Positions 12,640-27,250 of a DNA stretch of 64,000 nt are shown here, piece after piece. The position numbers and the translations under genes were made by a program. Origin of the DNA: Bispira polyomma. Lineage: Eukaryota. Within the stretch, counting starts at the first letter, position 1. Every line of letters begins with the position of its first letter. A model generated the notes under the pieces. The model was not told the DNA's origin and did not search any database. It worked only from the letters and a program-made list of their open reading frames with translations. Where the stretch lies: contig OZ287756.1 in assembly GCA_965649765.1 (NCBI GenBank), positions 44,888,001 through 44,952,000 on the forward strand, given 5' to 3'.

Positions 12640-13107
12640 AGCATTTAGAAAGTGCACAGTGAGAAATGCCTGGTATTTGGCTGGCCTAATGCCAAGTTTT
12701 TTAAAGTTCTTTTCTTAGAAATTCAAACTTTTCTTGTAAAAATGGATGTTCACTTTGGCCAAGCTTATATTATTGGATGACCAATACATCAATTTAGCAA
12801 AATTCTTGTGAGCTATCATAGGTTATAGTTCCATGTTTACTAAAGCATGAGACTAAAGATGAGACTAATTACACAGCATTTAGAAAGTGCACAGTGAAAA
12901 ATGCCTGGTATTTGGCTGGCCTAATGCCAAGTTTTTTAAAGTTCTTTTCTTAGAAATTCAAACTTTTCTTGTAAAAATGGATGTTCACTTTGGCCAATAT
13001 AAAATATATTATTGGATTATTATATTATTGGATGACCAATACATCAATTTATAGGTTATAGTTCCATGTTTACTAAAGCATGAGACTAAAGATGAGACTA
13101 ATTACAC
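12640..13107. repeat. Tandem duplication, 2 x ~235 bp
   Basis: agcatttagaaagtgcacagtg...gagactaattacaca occurs at ~12640-12875 and ~12876-13107. Confidence 0.9.
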
Positions 13108-13199
13108 ATGTACAAGTTAACATAGCTTAGCTATTTGTACTGTATTATTGTATTGTATGCATTTTATACAAGCTTTATTGATGAGAGTCATATTCTAAG

Positions 13200-15950
13200 C
13201 TGCAACAAGAGAATCAATTAACCAATCGAGAAGTTCACAAAACATAAAAAGGTCTTAAAGAAGGATGTGGGGGTGTACAGGAAGGAAACTGAGAGGGATA
13301 AGTGAGTTTGAGTAGTTAAGTGTTCAGGGTTTCCTCGATTTGAAATTATTTCAAGTAATCTTAGTTTAACTGAAAAATTAATCCATAACATAGGGGCAGC
13401 AACAAAGAAGACATCCAGCCCTAGATCCAGAAAGTTTCATTACCCTTTTAATGTTTCCTAATGGAAAGGCAAGCAGTGAAGTAGGATTAACAAATGACAG
13501 CTTTGAAAGTAGTAACATGGATTTTAAACAAAATTCGATAGTAAATAGGAAGCCAGTGTAATTCTGTGAGGTATGAAGAAGACATTAGTATGGATTATCA
13601 GACAAAAAATGACTCCATACAGATAGTTTTGAGTGAACTGTTACTTTGGTTTTATTCTGAAACAACCCTGCCATTACATTCAGACTGGGTGTACATAACT
13701 CTTGGCAGATGAATTGACCTAGTCACAAAAAAGAAAGTTGAACTGTTTATGTTATATTAAGGCATATGATTGCATAACAGTGTGAAAACAACATTTGGAA
13801 TACCTTATAAACTAGGAAAGTCTTTACATCATTCATTATCATGATATATTTTTAAGCATTATCTAGTTTCTCTTAAATATTTCTAGATTAAAATGCCAAG
13901 AACGTTTTGTTCTTTATTTGGTTTTTGTTCGTTTAGTTGTATTGTCTTTTGCAATTCTGAATTATTTAGGTGTAGATATTTTCTTTAATTTGAATAAACA
14001 AAGGTTTTATTTTTAATAAAATAATAATACTGATAAAAATAAATTTGATTTTAAACATCCGAAGAGAATTTTAGGTACTCCAAACTTCTGTGTGAGGGAC
14101 CTTTTTACCTTGAATAGATGAGAGTTGCAGTCGTCAAGGCAGCTACATACTCACACTGATGGTTACAGTGGATAATCCAGTGACACATGATTTCTGTTGC
14201 ATTGATATCACAAATGTGATAGTCACAATCACTGGTCTCTCACCTCTGGGCGGCGTGAGTTCGAATCCCGTCAATGCCTATGTGGGAAAGGTGGTAGTTC
14301 CTTACTGTGGGCCGCTGGTTTGAGTGCAGAACCTTGATCAAGTGTATGCAGTGTTTCCTCCAGCTTTTCCAACTACCCGTCCCAATATAACTTAAACAGG
14401 TACTAGAGTGGACGTTAAATATCCAAATTCAAAATTCACAAATGTGATAGTAACAGGAGCGACAAATGTTGCTTATATGTATATTAAATGAGAAAGCGGA
14501 GTCAATAGTGACACCAAGGTTCTTGATGTTCATAGAGGTTTGTATGTAATTGCCCAGAAGTGTAATGGGGAAATGGTGATCCTAATACTCACTGTGTTTC
14601 TTGCTGCCAATGAGAATATAATAATTTATCTTAAGCGGATGCGTTTGGAGTGTAAAAACTTGAGGCCTGACGACTCACCCATGGGGTACTCTGAAAGGTC
14701 TTTTGAGGGTGACAAGTGATCATCTAGTTTGATTTTTGGGGTTTGGAGAGTGAGATAGCAGATGTAATTCAATCAAGGACAGTTCCATTTGGTCCAAATC
14801 ACTGTCTTTTGGTGTCGAATAGTCAACCATGGTAAATGTTATCAAAACTGCTAAAAGATCTAGAAGGATTAGGACTACAGTTTCATCAAGATACAAGTCA
14901 AAGTTATGTGATTGATGATGCCAAAAAGGACACTTTCTGTGGCATGAAAGTAGATTGGTGGGAGTCAGCAAAGTTTTGTTTATTAAATTGGTCATAGATT
15001 TGTTTGCAATAGCTTTGTTAATAAGTTTAAAGACCAAGTTACGATTAGATATGGGTCTATATTTTTTCAGCGCATTTTTGTCAAGTTCTGATTTTCTTCA
15101 GTAAGGGATTGATATAAGCGGTTTCAAGCAAAAGGAGAAAATGCCATCTTGAAGTAAAAAATTAATAATGTTGGTAACAGGAGTTATAAGAATGTCGAGC
15201 TATTCAGTGAAAGTAGTGACAGGGATGCGATCAAGTTCACAGGATTTCAAAGACATGGTTTCAATGAGTTTGTGAATATTATAAAGGAGTAAATTTGAAA
15301 CTTTATAGCCCAGAGATGGTGGGTAGAATGTGACATTGCTGAAAAGTTATCCCGAATTTTGAAATGAATAATTTTCCAAATTTATCTGCTAATAATGTAA
15401 GACAGTTATTATCAAGCATACTTGTTCAGATACAAGGGGGAGTATTTCATTAATTGAGTTTTTATTGATAATGAAGTCATAGTGCTTTTTTTTTGCTTGA
15501 GTCACCAGCATATTGAAGTGGTTTGTGGCAATTCTTTAGCGCTTCCTATCAAAAGCTGATTTGGTGCAATGCCATAGATGCTCAAGTTGACGTTTACGCC
15601 GATTGGCTTTCTTGATGTCTGGATTAGTCCATTCATGGGGGTCGGAAAGTGAAAGGGTTTTAGAAATGGAGCATGGCTGTCAAGCATTAAGGATAAGGTA
15701 TGGTTGTATTGCAGGCGGATGTGGTCCGCATTCCTGCATGGGTGATGAGGCGAGATGTATGAGTGTCATCCCAAAATTTCTCATTGTCGGTTGGTCTCAT
15801 GTTACAGTATTTGATTACATATCGTTTTGTCGCACCGGTTTGGGCAATGTGAGCTGGACGAAAGTGACAAGACGGTCTGAGACTGAGACATCATTAATTA
15901 GTTTGCACTCTGGTTGAGCAATGAGTTTGTTGAGTTTATGTTTTAGTACA
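13200..15950 (-). mobile_element. L2/CR1-clade LINE remnant (RT region), interrupted by a SINE
   Basis: Minus-strand fragments KNLGVTIDSAFSFNIHISNICRSCYYHI, VLILLDL, KYRPISN and KSCELD are typical of L2 ORF2. Many stops and frameshifts. Confidence 0.8.
14224..14435 (+). mobile_element. 5'-truncated family 1 SINE with 16-bp TSD
   Basis: Direct repeat tcacaaatgtgatagt at 14208-14223 and 14436-14451. The body matches the other family 1 copies. Confidence 0.9.
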
Positions 15951-16559
15951 GTCAAGCAACACCAGCAATTGTCATTCTTCTGTACTAAAAGTTTGAATAT
16001 TTCATAATGTATAATGGTTTTAGCATATAAAAACCCTCTTTATCATTTTTTATGAAAAATTGCACTTAGAAGAGATAATGATGTATATATTTTTTCACTT
16101 CCATGGGATAGTTAAAATTGATTGATGACATTTATTTCTTCCTGTATCGATATCCCATTCTTTGTAAAAACTATTCGATAAATGACACTATTCACTGCAG
16201 TCACAATTGTCTCCTATATCCCATAGAAATCCTGTCTATAATTAATAATAATAAAATGATTGTATATTGTTATTTTTGATTCATAAGATAAGGGGTAGGA
16301 GATAACTCTCAAAATATCATGTGCTGTTCCCAAATCTATCATGTTGACAGCTTTTGTTGACTATATTGATGTTTCTCCAATTGTTCAATACACTTATGTG
16401 TCCTGTGGCCTTGAGAACTATGTGGTAAGCTCCCTCAACATAAATCTGAGAACAAACCCATGGGAGCTTACCGATATAAAAATACATTATTTATTTTAGT
16501 GCAGATTTTTAATTTTTTTAATTTCAGGGGCCATGGTGATCTAGTTGTTAGATTTCATT

Positions 16560-16790
16560 TTGGGTTTAATGTCGCTTCTAAAAACCCCCATATAGTATAT
16601 ATGTCATATCACGACAGACAGTTGGGAAATCAGTGCATAAATAGTGGATCAAGATTCGGCACTATAAACCACTGACCATTGGCAAGTAACTGCCCACTAT
16701 GCGACCCAAGGTCTGGCTCGAGACTTAAACCCTGGACCTTAGAGGTGGCAGGCGAGCATGTTACCACTGCGCTGATGAGACGCCTACCTT
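16560..16790 (-). mobile_element. Degenerate tRNA-derived SINE
   Basis: Minus-strand head gcgcagtggtaacatgctcgcc...gggtttaagtc and tail gcgacattaaaccca. Confidence 0.6.
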
Positions 16791-17199
16791 TATAATCACT
16801 GGACTCTCACCAATGTGGGTTTGAATCCTATTCATTCCTTCATGTGGGGGTGGATGGAATTAGCATTATATACAGAAAATATCTGATATAAAAAGAGATG
16901 GTTTCATTGAGGAACGCCAGCTTGTTGTATGTTGACATATAAACCCACCTCAGGGGCGTGCAGCCCCTAGATCTGCCTCTGAGCAAGTCAATGTTATTGC
17001 AAAGAGATGATCAAGCTGGGGATTATAAAATATGACTGACTTCCCTGTAGTTTGATAATTCAAATAAATGCATTGAAATACAGGAAATGTTAACCAAAAT
17101 TTCAAACTATATTAAGAACTACATCCATCTGAGGAGATCAGAGGATCTCTTGTAACTTTAATCTAGTAAATATAAAGGTAACATAAGTAATGAAACAGA

Positions 17200-17410
17200 G
17201 AGCATATTAGCCGTGCTGCCACATATTGCACACAAAGACTAACATCTATTAGCGGCCAGGTACAGGTTTATACAAATGAGTAGAGAGGGACAACTTTGTG
17301 TAAAGCACCTTGTCCAAGGGTACAATCTCAAGGCCTGCAGCGAGGGTCAAACCTGGGATCTCATGATTCCTGAGATTCGAAGTCCGACACTCTAACCACT
17401 AGGGCACAGA
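17200..17410 (-). mobile_element. Family 2 SINE copy
   Basis: Similar to 7950-8162 (tgtgtaaag.accttg.c..agggtacaatctc). Confidence 0.7.
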
Positions 17411-19039
17411 GACCACATATATGAATCCAACAAACCAGTATCAGCATCAGAAACAACACAATCCCATAAACTTGTGACCTTTTCAGAGACACACAGAGAT
17501 GATAAGCAACAACAGGAGAGAACCTTAAGGTGGCAAACTAGAGTTTTGCGGTCGTAAATTAGGGCCCTCCCTCCCTCGTTTACGTCACTTCCGTTTTGCA
17601 GAAAAAGAAGTAAACCGGAAGTGAGCAGTGTTGATCCAAGGAAGGCTACGCCCTGAAACAAAGAATTTTATATGGTCATAAATTACCAGTTGGGATATGG
17701 CTCCACCCTCACACACCACAATCCCCCTCTGCCCCCCCTTCCCCTCTCATGTGCATGATGTCCTCTCATATTTCACGGCTAGCTGGCATGGCTTTTAACT
17801 TGTCATTGGATTGGTTTATTGATCTGATTACAAGGAGAACTCTTTCACCGGGCCTTTCCTGCTAACAACAATCAGATAGGGTTGCTTGTTTGGTTCATCC
17901 TGCCTTTTGGGTGATCCTTACTTTATGGCTGTGTTCTTTTTCCTTTTTTTCAAAAACTGAGCATTTAACGAGACTAAACTGCTTTTAACAAGCGTGGAGT
18001 AAACAGTTATTATCCAACCATCTAATACTGGTATGACCAAACGTTTGTGTTTTTTTGGACACAGTTTTTCTTTTTATTACATTTTCAATATAATTATATA
18101 CTCAAAACGCCTTCTTCTGTTTTATGACTTAATCTTCTAATATTGTGAGCATAATCTTGTTTGAATAATACAATAGACAGCCCGGTGTAATTTTAACTTT
18201 TCATTCTTTTTTAAATTATAGTTTTTTTTAGCATAAATTCCCTTGGTTTCACCAAGGTTTAGTTGAGGTCACCTTTTCTATCTGTGTAAGCATATTAGCC
18301 AAACACTGCCATCTGCTATGGTACAAGTGGTTTGGTTTCCTTTAACAAAATTAAGTCAAAAGCTTATTTAGCTGATTTATGCTTATACTCCAACCTCTCT
18401 CTGTTAGAACTTTATGCCGACTGTAAAAAAAAAAAAAATATTAATTAAGTGCAAGAAATATTACCTTTCAGAAGTTCTTAACAATATAAACACATCTGTA
18501 AATAGAACTAACCAGACAAAAATCATACATTGTACAAAGTAACATTTTAATTGTGGTTAACATCCCTATTGTGATTGATATTTAGGACATCTAGATTTTT
18601 TTCTTCAACGTATTATCTTATGAAAACAACTTGTTATCTCATCATCATCTTGTGCTTACAAGTTATTAAGTCATGCACACAAGATTGTCTCGTGGTCACA
18701 ACTTCATTGTAGTATCTTGCTTGAGGATGACCATTAATCAACGTCCCCAATGTTCTTTAATCTGTTACTGCAGATAGTACTCAGTGACAGAGGATCGCTA
18801 TTTTAATTAGTCATCCAAGCCACTGGGCAAACTTGTGTTCACATCTTGCCCAACCAAGGATGTTATCCCACCAAATGAAACTAGTGACCGGTACTGGGAA
18901 TGGAACCAAGAACATTTTGATCATCACATTAATACCTGAACCACTACATCACATTAAACCAGGAGGCCAGTTTTGACCTACGATACATTCAGGATATAGT
19001 CATTTCAAATTTATATTTAAAAGTTAACCCATGATATTT

Positions 19040-19500
19040 TATACTAACAACTTAAAGTGAATGAAGGATAAACTAGTGACAGTAATAGCATATATTATTA
19101 GTGATTGTCATACATTCCAAGAGTTGACAATATATTGTCCAAAACCTTTTAATTGTGCCAGTATTTGTCATTAATAATTCCCATTTATCTTGGACAGACA
19201 TATTAATAAATAATTGTTTTACAGTAATTGCTTTATAAAATAAAACACCTTTATTATTGTCATACGCATTACAATTAAATCCAAATTGTTCCTCATTTTC
19301 TATCAAATCTGTATCACAGATCTTGCAGCTCCTATTCAACAATGGTGTGTTGGTTAATCGACACATTTCAATATACAGAGAGAAGTTATACCACATCACA
19401 GCTAAGCAATGAAAGATATGTAGTTAGAATTTCTTATGTAGAGATAGTTTTTTGATTTATTCGTCAAAACTGAAATTTAATTTTATCATGAAAAGCTAGT
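19040..19500 (-). mobile_element. LINE 3' remnant (C-terminal Cys/His zinc-knuckle region)
   Basis: LYIEMCRLTNTPLLNRSCKICDTDLIENEEQFGFNC resembles the L.IE.GR...R.C..C...EDE.HF...C motif at the end of non-LTR ORF2. Confidence 0.6.
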
Positions 19501-20043
19501 GACCTCGATTCTAATTGGTTTAAAACCAGGTAAAATATCAGATATACGTGAGTGTTTTCCTCCATAATATTTTTTATACTAATTTAAATAGTTCTTATTA
19601 ACATGAAATCAATTTTATAAATAAAACAACCTTTGTGCTGTACTTTTAACTTACTAATCTAAAAATCTAAAAGTAACATTTAATTTGAAGTAAGGATTTT
19701 ACATACAGAAGCCATAAAATGTTACCATCTGAACCATATATAAAATCTAAATCTAATACACCATTAAAGAAGTGTCTGCAGAAACTGACTAGTAGGGCAC
19801 TGAGTAGAGGACAACCTCCGCCAAAACATCACAGAAACAGGTGGAATACAAAAGCAATTTTTCTACTCCGATCTGCAGTAAAATTTAATGGATTCTTCCT
19901 TGAGCCAACATGCTATCTCTCAACCAAATTTCATTTCAATTTTATTTATTATACAAATAAACAAACCAATAGAAATGGGGCAAAATATAACCTCATTTGG
20001 GGTAGATACAAGTGTAGGACATTCAGAACATATGCGTTATTCC

Positions 20044-20225
20044 TAAAGGGCAGTTCACACAGTGCAACCATGCCATTAATCATGTAAGACAAAGTCGAAT
20101 GGTGTGAACCGTGAGTTTCATGCAACTTTTGTCTCCTGCAACCGTCACATGTAATTGGGAAGATGTAACTTTTGTCTCATGCGAATAATTGCATCCTATT
20201 AGTTGCGTCGTGTAAACCACCCTTA
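20044..20225. mobile_element. MITE with imperfect ~22-bp TIRs (PIF/Harbinger-like)
   Basis: agggcagttcacacagtgcaac ... gttgcgtcgtgtaaaccaccct, with TAA/TTA flanks. Confidence 0.55.
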
Positions 20226-22029
20226 TGTAACAGAATAATCTAAACGTCTTTGGAACTGCAAAAAAAAAAAATAGGAAATTTTAGAAACAAAAAGCAACAG
20301 ATTGTTTTGAACTTCAACATGACAAGCTATCCAGAAAAGCCGTTTCTGCAACGATATTGCACGCGGCCATGGGTACCCATATGATGAATTGTAAACATAA
20401 ATTTTTTTTATTTTTTACAATTATATTAGAAACACAGAGATAAGTTACTACTAGTTGGCAATGTTAACAAATATTGCATTGCAGATCCGTCTTCATGCTA
20501 CTATTACTGGAAGTGCAATGCATTTCTTTTAAAACGTTTTACTATTAGATCCTAGCTAGTCTTCGTACTGAGACAAGGATTACAGGCTTCAGGAAAAAGC
20601 ACAAAACACATCTGTATTAACTCGCTTTACCCCCTTAACGTTCATCTGCTGATCATGACTGAACTCTGATCATGAACCTTTTTCTCCTATCGGATTATTT
20701 TGTTAGCATATAAATTGAGATGGGCGCCAGAGAAGAAGCCTTGTCATGAATTATGGCGCTATAGAAGTAAAAAACATTCACATAACAGATATATTTTCAA
20801 CAATAAAATAAGTTACCTAATATTAGGAGCTGCCCAGGTACAAATAGACTTTCTGTTCCTCCTAAGTCCTCTCATACTGTGTAGATATAGTGCACTGTAT
20901 AGAAGTCAATTTGATAGGATCCCATTTAAATTAAAGTCACTTTTTGTCAATGATTAGACAAAATCCCCTTGCTAATCCTCCAATTATGTTATTTATATCA
21001 AAGTCACCATCACATTTAGATTATCTACTAGAAGTTGTCATTTTACAACTTCAAGATATCACATATGTCTTATTTTTATTTTCCTTTGTTAGTTTTAAAA
21101 AAAGACAATTCTGTTTGATAAAGAGTCACCACCATATTTAGAGTATCTACCCGAATATTATATCAATGTCCTTTTACAACTTGAAGACGTGACATTTGTC
21201 TATTTTGTTGTCTTGCAGTCTGTTTTAAAATAAAAGGAAAAATCCATCTTTATTTTTTCTAGTCTCTCTTTGATACTGTTATTTTACATGACAACCAGAC
21301 TTTGCTTTAGTCCTGTTTTTTTTCTTATTTGTAGCTTTTTATGCACTATTTCATCTGACATGAATCTTTGAGGGGAAAGTTTTTTTCACCAAAAATAAGC
21401 CTCTGAGTAAATTCAACATTACACTTCTATATTGACCAGACCACTGAATGGAAATAGACTGTGAGGACAGTGCAGTAAAGGCCTGTAGTGAATGAAACAG
21501 AAGGAATCAATGAACACCGATTGAATAGTCTGCTCGAATGGTTATCTTGCATGGCGGCTAGGGATGGTAATCAACACATGTAATTATAAAGCCTTGTGAT
21601 CTCTTAATTAAGAAATACTTTTGAGTATTTTGAAAAACTCTCCATTATACATAATATGGTTATTAATTTAAAGGTAGGTAAATTAAGTGCATATACTAGA
21701 CAAATGATTGTTTTTTTTTTTTAGTTTTAGTTTTATATCGCTTTCAACACACGTATTGGTGTGATATCATGGCAGGCAGTGAACGTTTTAGTTGGTCAAG
21801 TTTTTTCTGCCCTGCAAATCACCGGTCATCAATAAGTGTACAGCAATTTGAAAACATATATTTGGGCAAACATGGTACTAAAGAATCCTTTTGCTGTTTT
21901 TAATCTGAAAGACTATAATCCTATTGAGTGCATGTAAACAAAGTGATGACTGTATGTTCGGTTTCAACAAAACACAGAAATATACCTAAACCAGTAACGT
22001 AATCCTTCTTGCATAATTTCATCCCCTAT

Positions 22030-22260
22030 GATCTAGTGGTTAGGGTGTTGATCTGATGAGAAAAAGGTCCCAAGTTTTATTCCCGGTATTGACCGGATGA
22101 CTACTTAAAATGGCAGTCCTCTGTCACTGGATATAGTACTCAGTGACAGAGGACTGCCATTGTGGATGTTGATAAATGGTCATCCTCAAGAAAGCTTCGG
22201 CACCCATAGTGGCTGCACATAAAGAAGCATACTTGAAATGACCTTATGTTTTATAAATGA
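22030..22260 (+). mobile_element. SINE-like element, family 3, with internal perfect hairpin
   Basis: ctagtggttag head and a 21-bp stem at 22109-22129/22141-22161. Related degenerate minus-strand copy at ~18690-18960. Confidence 0.6.
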
Positions 22261-25200
22261 GCTATAACAAATGTCATATTTCATTGACATTTGATCTGGA
22301 ACAGTGTGTTGATAGCTAACAATAATTTATAAAATTAAGAAGTTCTCATCACACTCTCCACATAGATTCAAAATTGTTTAAATCGGTAGTTTATGCCATA
22401 TATTACACATCATTTTATCATTTTTAAGTGGAAGGAGAGACATTGACTGTTTTGTTAAATTTCTTAGATTATCAAAAAACATGCACTGCAACAGCCTTCC
22501 TGGGTTTGATGTTGTATAAGTACCAATAATTTATGTTTTTATATAAGGTGAAGTTATTTAATACCACTTTGATTTATTATTATTATAATTATCCAACCTT
22601 TTTAGCGCTTAGTTGTGATTATATCAAATTCTAAGGCACTAGATTAAATTATCATTGGAATCTAAAAATCTCAATTCATAAAACAAAAAAAGTGAACATC
22701 GAAATACCCACTGATGAAAACTATGGGGGAATGCATTGAAGAAATATGTTTGAATCTGAATCAGAACGAATATAAGGCAGGAGCTGTCCTAATGCAATTT
22801 GCATATTCATTTTAAAATTCAACTTTTACATTTTACACTACCTTACCTATTTACCTGTAAGGCTGTATATACATACTAACTTTATACAAAAAACCCCTCA
22901 AAGTATAGTTTGTCTTTCTAACTTCCCTTAACATTCACATCAATGTCAATATTCTCCATCCATTACACTTGGAACTAGGGTAAACCATTCCACAGGGTAG
23001 GACCATCAACTGCAAAATTGCAATGCCGTCTGTATGATATCTATACACTTTGCTTATCTGGTACATATACTGTATGTGTAACATGTAAGCAAAGTGCATT
23101 TGTAAATTGCACTTTGGGGCACTCTTTCAGTTGTATTGCGGCCATTTAAGACGACCAGTTATCAGCACCCCCAAGGTACTTTAGCCTGGCATTGGGCCAC
23201 TCTTTATAAAGTTCTCATTTGACCACTCTCTTTTAAGTTGTCACCGGAGCCATTATGTATCTTACATCAGTGTTTTGTGAGTCAGTTTGACACTACACTT
23301 CAAGCTTATGGATTATTTACAAATATAAATATAAGTCACTCACTGCCTGACAGTCTGCTGCTTCATGGTGGCTGTGTTTGTGCTAGTTTTATCAACGTTT
23401 TTGTCACCACCTTCGTCCTTGGGTCTACAAGGAGGCAGATTACACATACAAGAGGAATGGAAAAGCATCTGTAAATGTATGTAGTTAAAGGTGAACCACA
23501 CACAGTGTCCAGCTCATGTTTAGTGAATAAAAATTGACCCAGGGTTCAATCTCTCTCTTCCAAATTTTATGTGAACAACCTGTCAGTGGTTTGTTATGTA
23601 ATAGTGGTGACATACATACCAACAAAACAAGCCAATAGAATTGAGTGAAACATAATTTAAAGATTTATGAGTATCATAAGCACTTCACTAAGCTGCTATT
23701 TGGTGATTCTTTTTGAAGAGTTACCTTCATGTACTAGATTCAGTCCCTCTGTATTTACCTCATTCGGAAAACACCCCACAAGTCACCTCCATGCATTAGC
23801 CCTTGGTCACATATCCCCGAATTACTGACCCTTTTTATGCACACATGTTTTTACTTTAACCCAATAATTGTCAGTTTTACAGCAAGCAATACATTCTGAC
23901 TCTGTCACTATTGCCTGGTGGGTAACATACTTACTGAAGTATACCATTATATGATAACAAGGAGTTAAACTACAACTTGTTTCAGGTCTCAGGTTTTTGA
24001 TAACAGGGAGTTAAACTACAACTTGTGAATAGGTTTGAGTTTGATCTGATTTGACCTTATATGACCTGACCCAGTGGGTAACATACTTACTGAAATACAC
24101 CCTTTTATGATAACAGGAAGTTAAACTACAACTTGTGAATAGGTTGAGCTTGATCTGATTTGACCCATTATGACCATGGCCCAGTGGGTAACATACTAGT
24201 ACACGAATGCAGAGGACATGGGTTCCAGGCATAGGCCGATATATAGTGGCTCTTGTGACAACTTAAAATGAAGGTACTGTGTCATTGATATCTTCAGTGG
24301 CAGGCTAAAAAAACAGGCTAAATAGTCACTTTCAAGTCTCTAGTTAGGGGAATGGCAGTTATTTAAATATGTTCATATACACTCAACAATCTATATGTTA
24401 ACAGATACTCTAATAATACTATATAATATATATATACATATGTGCCAGTACAAAATTATTTGTAAAATCTGTTTGTAATTGGTATTATTAAATGTTATTA
24501 TTTAGCCTGGGCAAAAACGAATTGAAGTTTTCATGTATGACCAAATGCCTCTTGCTTTTCACCATGTGTTTTACACCAATCTATTCCCTAAATAAACTTT
24601 CAGTATTGATAAGATATATATATATATTTATTATACCTCGCCAGCAAATCCAGCAATCCTATTGGTTAAAATGTGATCAAGTAAATAACATAAAACCCGA
24701 TATGGCTTACAAAGTTTGGGTGCTTCGCTATAATAGACCGCATATAAGCTGTTTGTGAGGGCCATACTGCAATATATGCACCCGAGGTCAGGACAATATG
24801 GCTTGAGGGCTGTCAGGCCCAAAAGCAATATTGTGCTGACTCATGACTGTTAATACTTGTCTGGAACTACCTAGAATGGTTGAGGAGACAGATACATTTA
24901 TTGCACAGAACACCAAATATCACCTACCGGCCAGTAAGACTGTACTTTCTCATTCTTAAATTTGCACTAGATCCTCCAGTTCGGCTGAGTCTACCCATTT
25001 GCAAGGGAAAAAATCCAACTCTCTAGAATATCTGTGGAGCCTAGAAATCTGAAAAACCAATACATAAGAAATTATTAGATATATGAACAGTGATGTTAAA
25101 CTAAATACAGTCAATTTGAAGTATTAAGAAGAATAAATGATGGTACATACCTTATAAGTGACCTTGTATAGATATCCCTGCTAGTGTTAGGGAATTACCA

Positions 25201-26361
25201 AGCAATTATTGACAACAAATATGGGAACTTATGTGCCTTTTTATGCCCCCAGTTTCAAGATTGAACTCAAGGTCATAGCATTAACCAGCCGAATGTGTCA
25301 TTTGATTTCACGGTCCCGCCTTTATATATATACACACACTCCCGATACATTCCAAAAAAATTATGATGAATTTTTTCACCTTTCGGATATCTGGAGAGAA
25401 TCCAATGAATGGTGACACAATGTTCCAGAAACGGGTGTTAAAAATATAATGTAGACGTTATTCATTGATATGTTTGCAAAACTTAAGATTAACCTCTTGT
25501 TCTGGAGCAGATGGTTATCAAAGAAAGTATTGTATTTTACTGAAAAGGCATGAAAAAAACTTCAACAGGTAAATACTTTTTTCTTTATCCAGGTAATGTG
25601 TGTAAGCAAATTTCCTTCAAGGGCGCCTCCCACTTTCTCGTTGGCCTTGCGATTATCTTCGCTTACTTAGCACGTATTTGCTGCGGTGAAAATATCCATT
25701 CATCACCAATCAAATCTGCTTTTTACTCGCGGTTAGTCAGATCATATTACGTATAGACAAAAGTTAAAGTTTTTCTAAATTTCTACAATAGTCATGGAGA
25801 TCTACACTCACCCAGGAGTTCAGACAGTAATCAATGTGGGTTCAAATTTTTATACCGCTTACATTGAGGGATGTTTCTGCGACCGGCAAATTGCCATACA
25901 TGCACAAGCATCATTTTTTTAAGTCGCTAAAGTGGGAGGCAGGCATTATATTAATAGAATTAACTTAGGATCCCTAGGGGCAACATAATCAACCCTTTGA
26001 TTATCTTGTTTGTTCTGGCTGCCGCCTGTTTGTGGTGACACAGAAGTTACTGTACAAGGGAACATTTTTAGGTGGATATAATATATCTTACTAATTTCTT
26101 AATTTTATGAAATTCTGTGGGCATAATTGTTATTTTTTTGTCATTGTGTAAAATTAAAATTAACACAAATCAAAATTCTCGCCGGGAATTATTTTTCACT
26201 AATCCAAGGTCATTAGCTTAAATGGCTAAAATTCATTACTAGTGGAAACTTACAGTTTTACAGTATTTGTGTGTCTGTTTCTGTACTTTGCATTATGTCC
26301 CAGATTTTACCCTATTGTCCCAGTTACAACAACAGTACAACAATGTTTCTGTGTGTAACGT

Positions 26362-26718
26362 CCTTTATGGGATATTGGGCCAAAGTGCAATTTGAGACTT
26401 TTTCTCTTCACAGAAATGCCCTGGGTCCATATTTTCGAAAGAAGGAAGACAGATATTTTTTTATTATTGAGACCAGTTTATAAAATACAATGAATATATA
26501 CAATAACATTTCTGTATCCAGCACATCGGGCTCATTAGTGTGGTCCTTTATGGGATACTGGGCCAAAGTGCAATTTTAGACTTTTTCTCTTCACAGAAAT
26601 GCCATGGGCCTAAATTCTCGAAAGAAGGTAGATATTTTTAAATTATGGCGACCAGTACATAAAATACAATAAATATATCCAATAACATTTCTTAATCTAG
26701 CACATCGGGCTGATTAGT
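26362..26718. repeat. Tandem duplication, 2 x ~180 bp
   Basis: cctttatgggata.tgggccaaagtgcaatt...gcacatcgggct.attagt present twice. Confidence 0.88.
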
Positions 26719-26859
26719 CACTTTTTACATAAAACGAAACAACCGGTATGTGTGTTGCAGACAAATAAATCGCAACAATTCATAACAAAAATAAAAATAT
26801 ATATAATAACATAGATTAAAAATTAAAAAAAAAAATTACCAAGAACAAGATAATAATTT

Positions 26860-27250
26860 AACTACATTTTTGATACAGTTATGTAGTAGAAATATAAACT
26901 TATCCAGCTTTTCAAGGTTCACAAAATTCACAAAATCAATGGCAGCCTGAACAAGATCAATACAATCTTATTTATAACAGTAAAAGTCAAACGTATGTTT
27001 CATCTTCAACGGCACCAGTTGAACAAGTCTTTCTTCCAGTTTAAGACTTCTTAATATATTTCCATTAACTTTTATATTCCCATAATTACCAGTTTTCAAT
27101 GTGAGAGGTAGTAATTTTAATTTAAATTGTGCAATAATAGGATATTTTCTCTTTAGGATGATCATGAATAAACGATTTTCAGTGTTGAATTCTAATTTTT
27201 AAAGTGTATATGGCCTTAACTTGGGTTTAACTTTCAAATCATTAATTCAA
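26860..27250 (-). mobile_element. LINE 3' remnant
   Basis: IAQFKLKLLPLTLKTG...LEERL...(EDE)..FDFYC resembles the AQFR.GILPL.IETGR...EER.C...EDE.HF.F.C motif. Confidence 0.6.
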
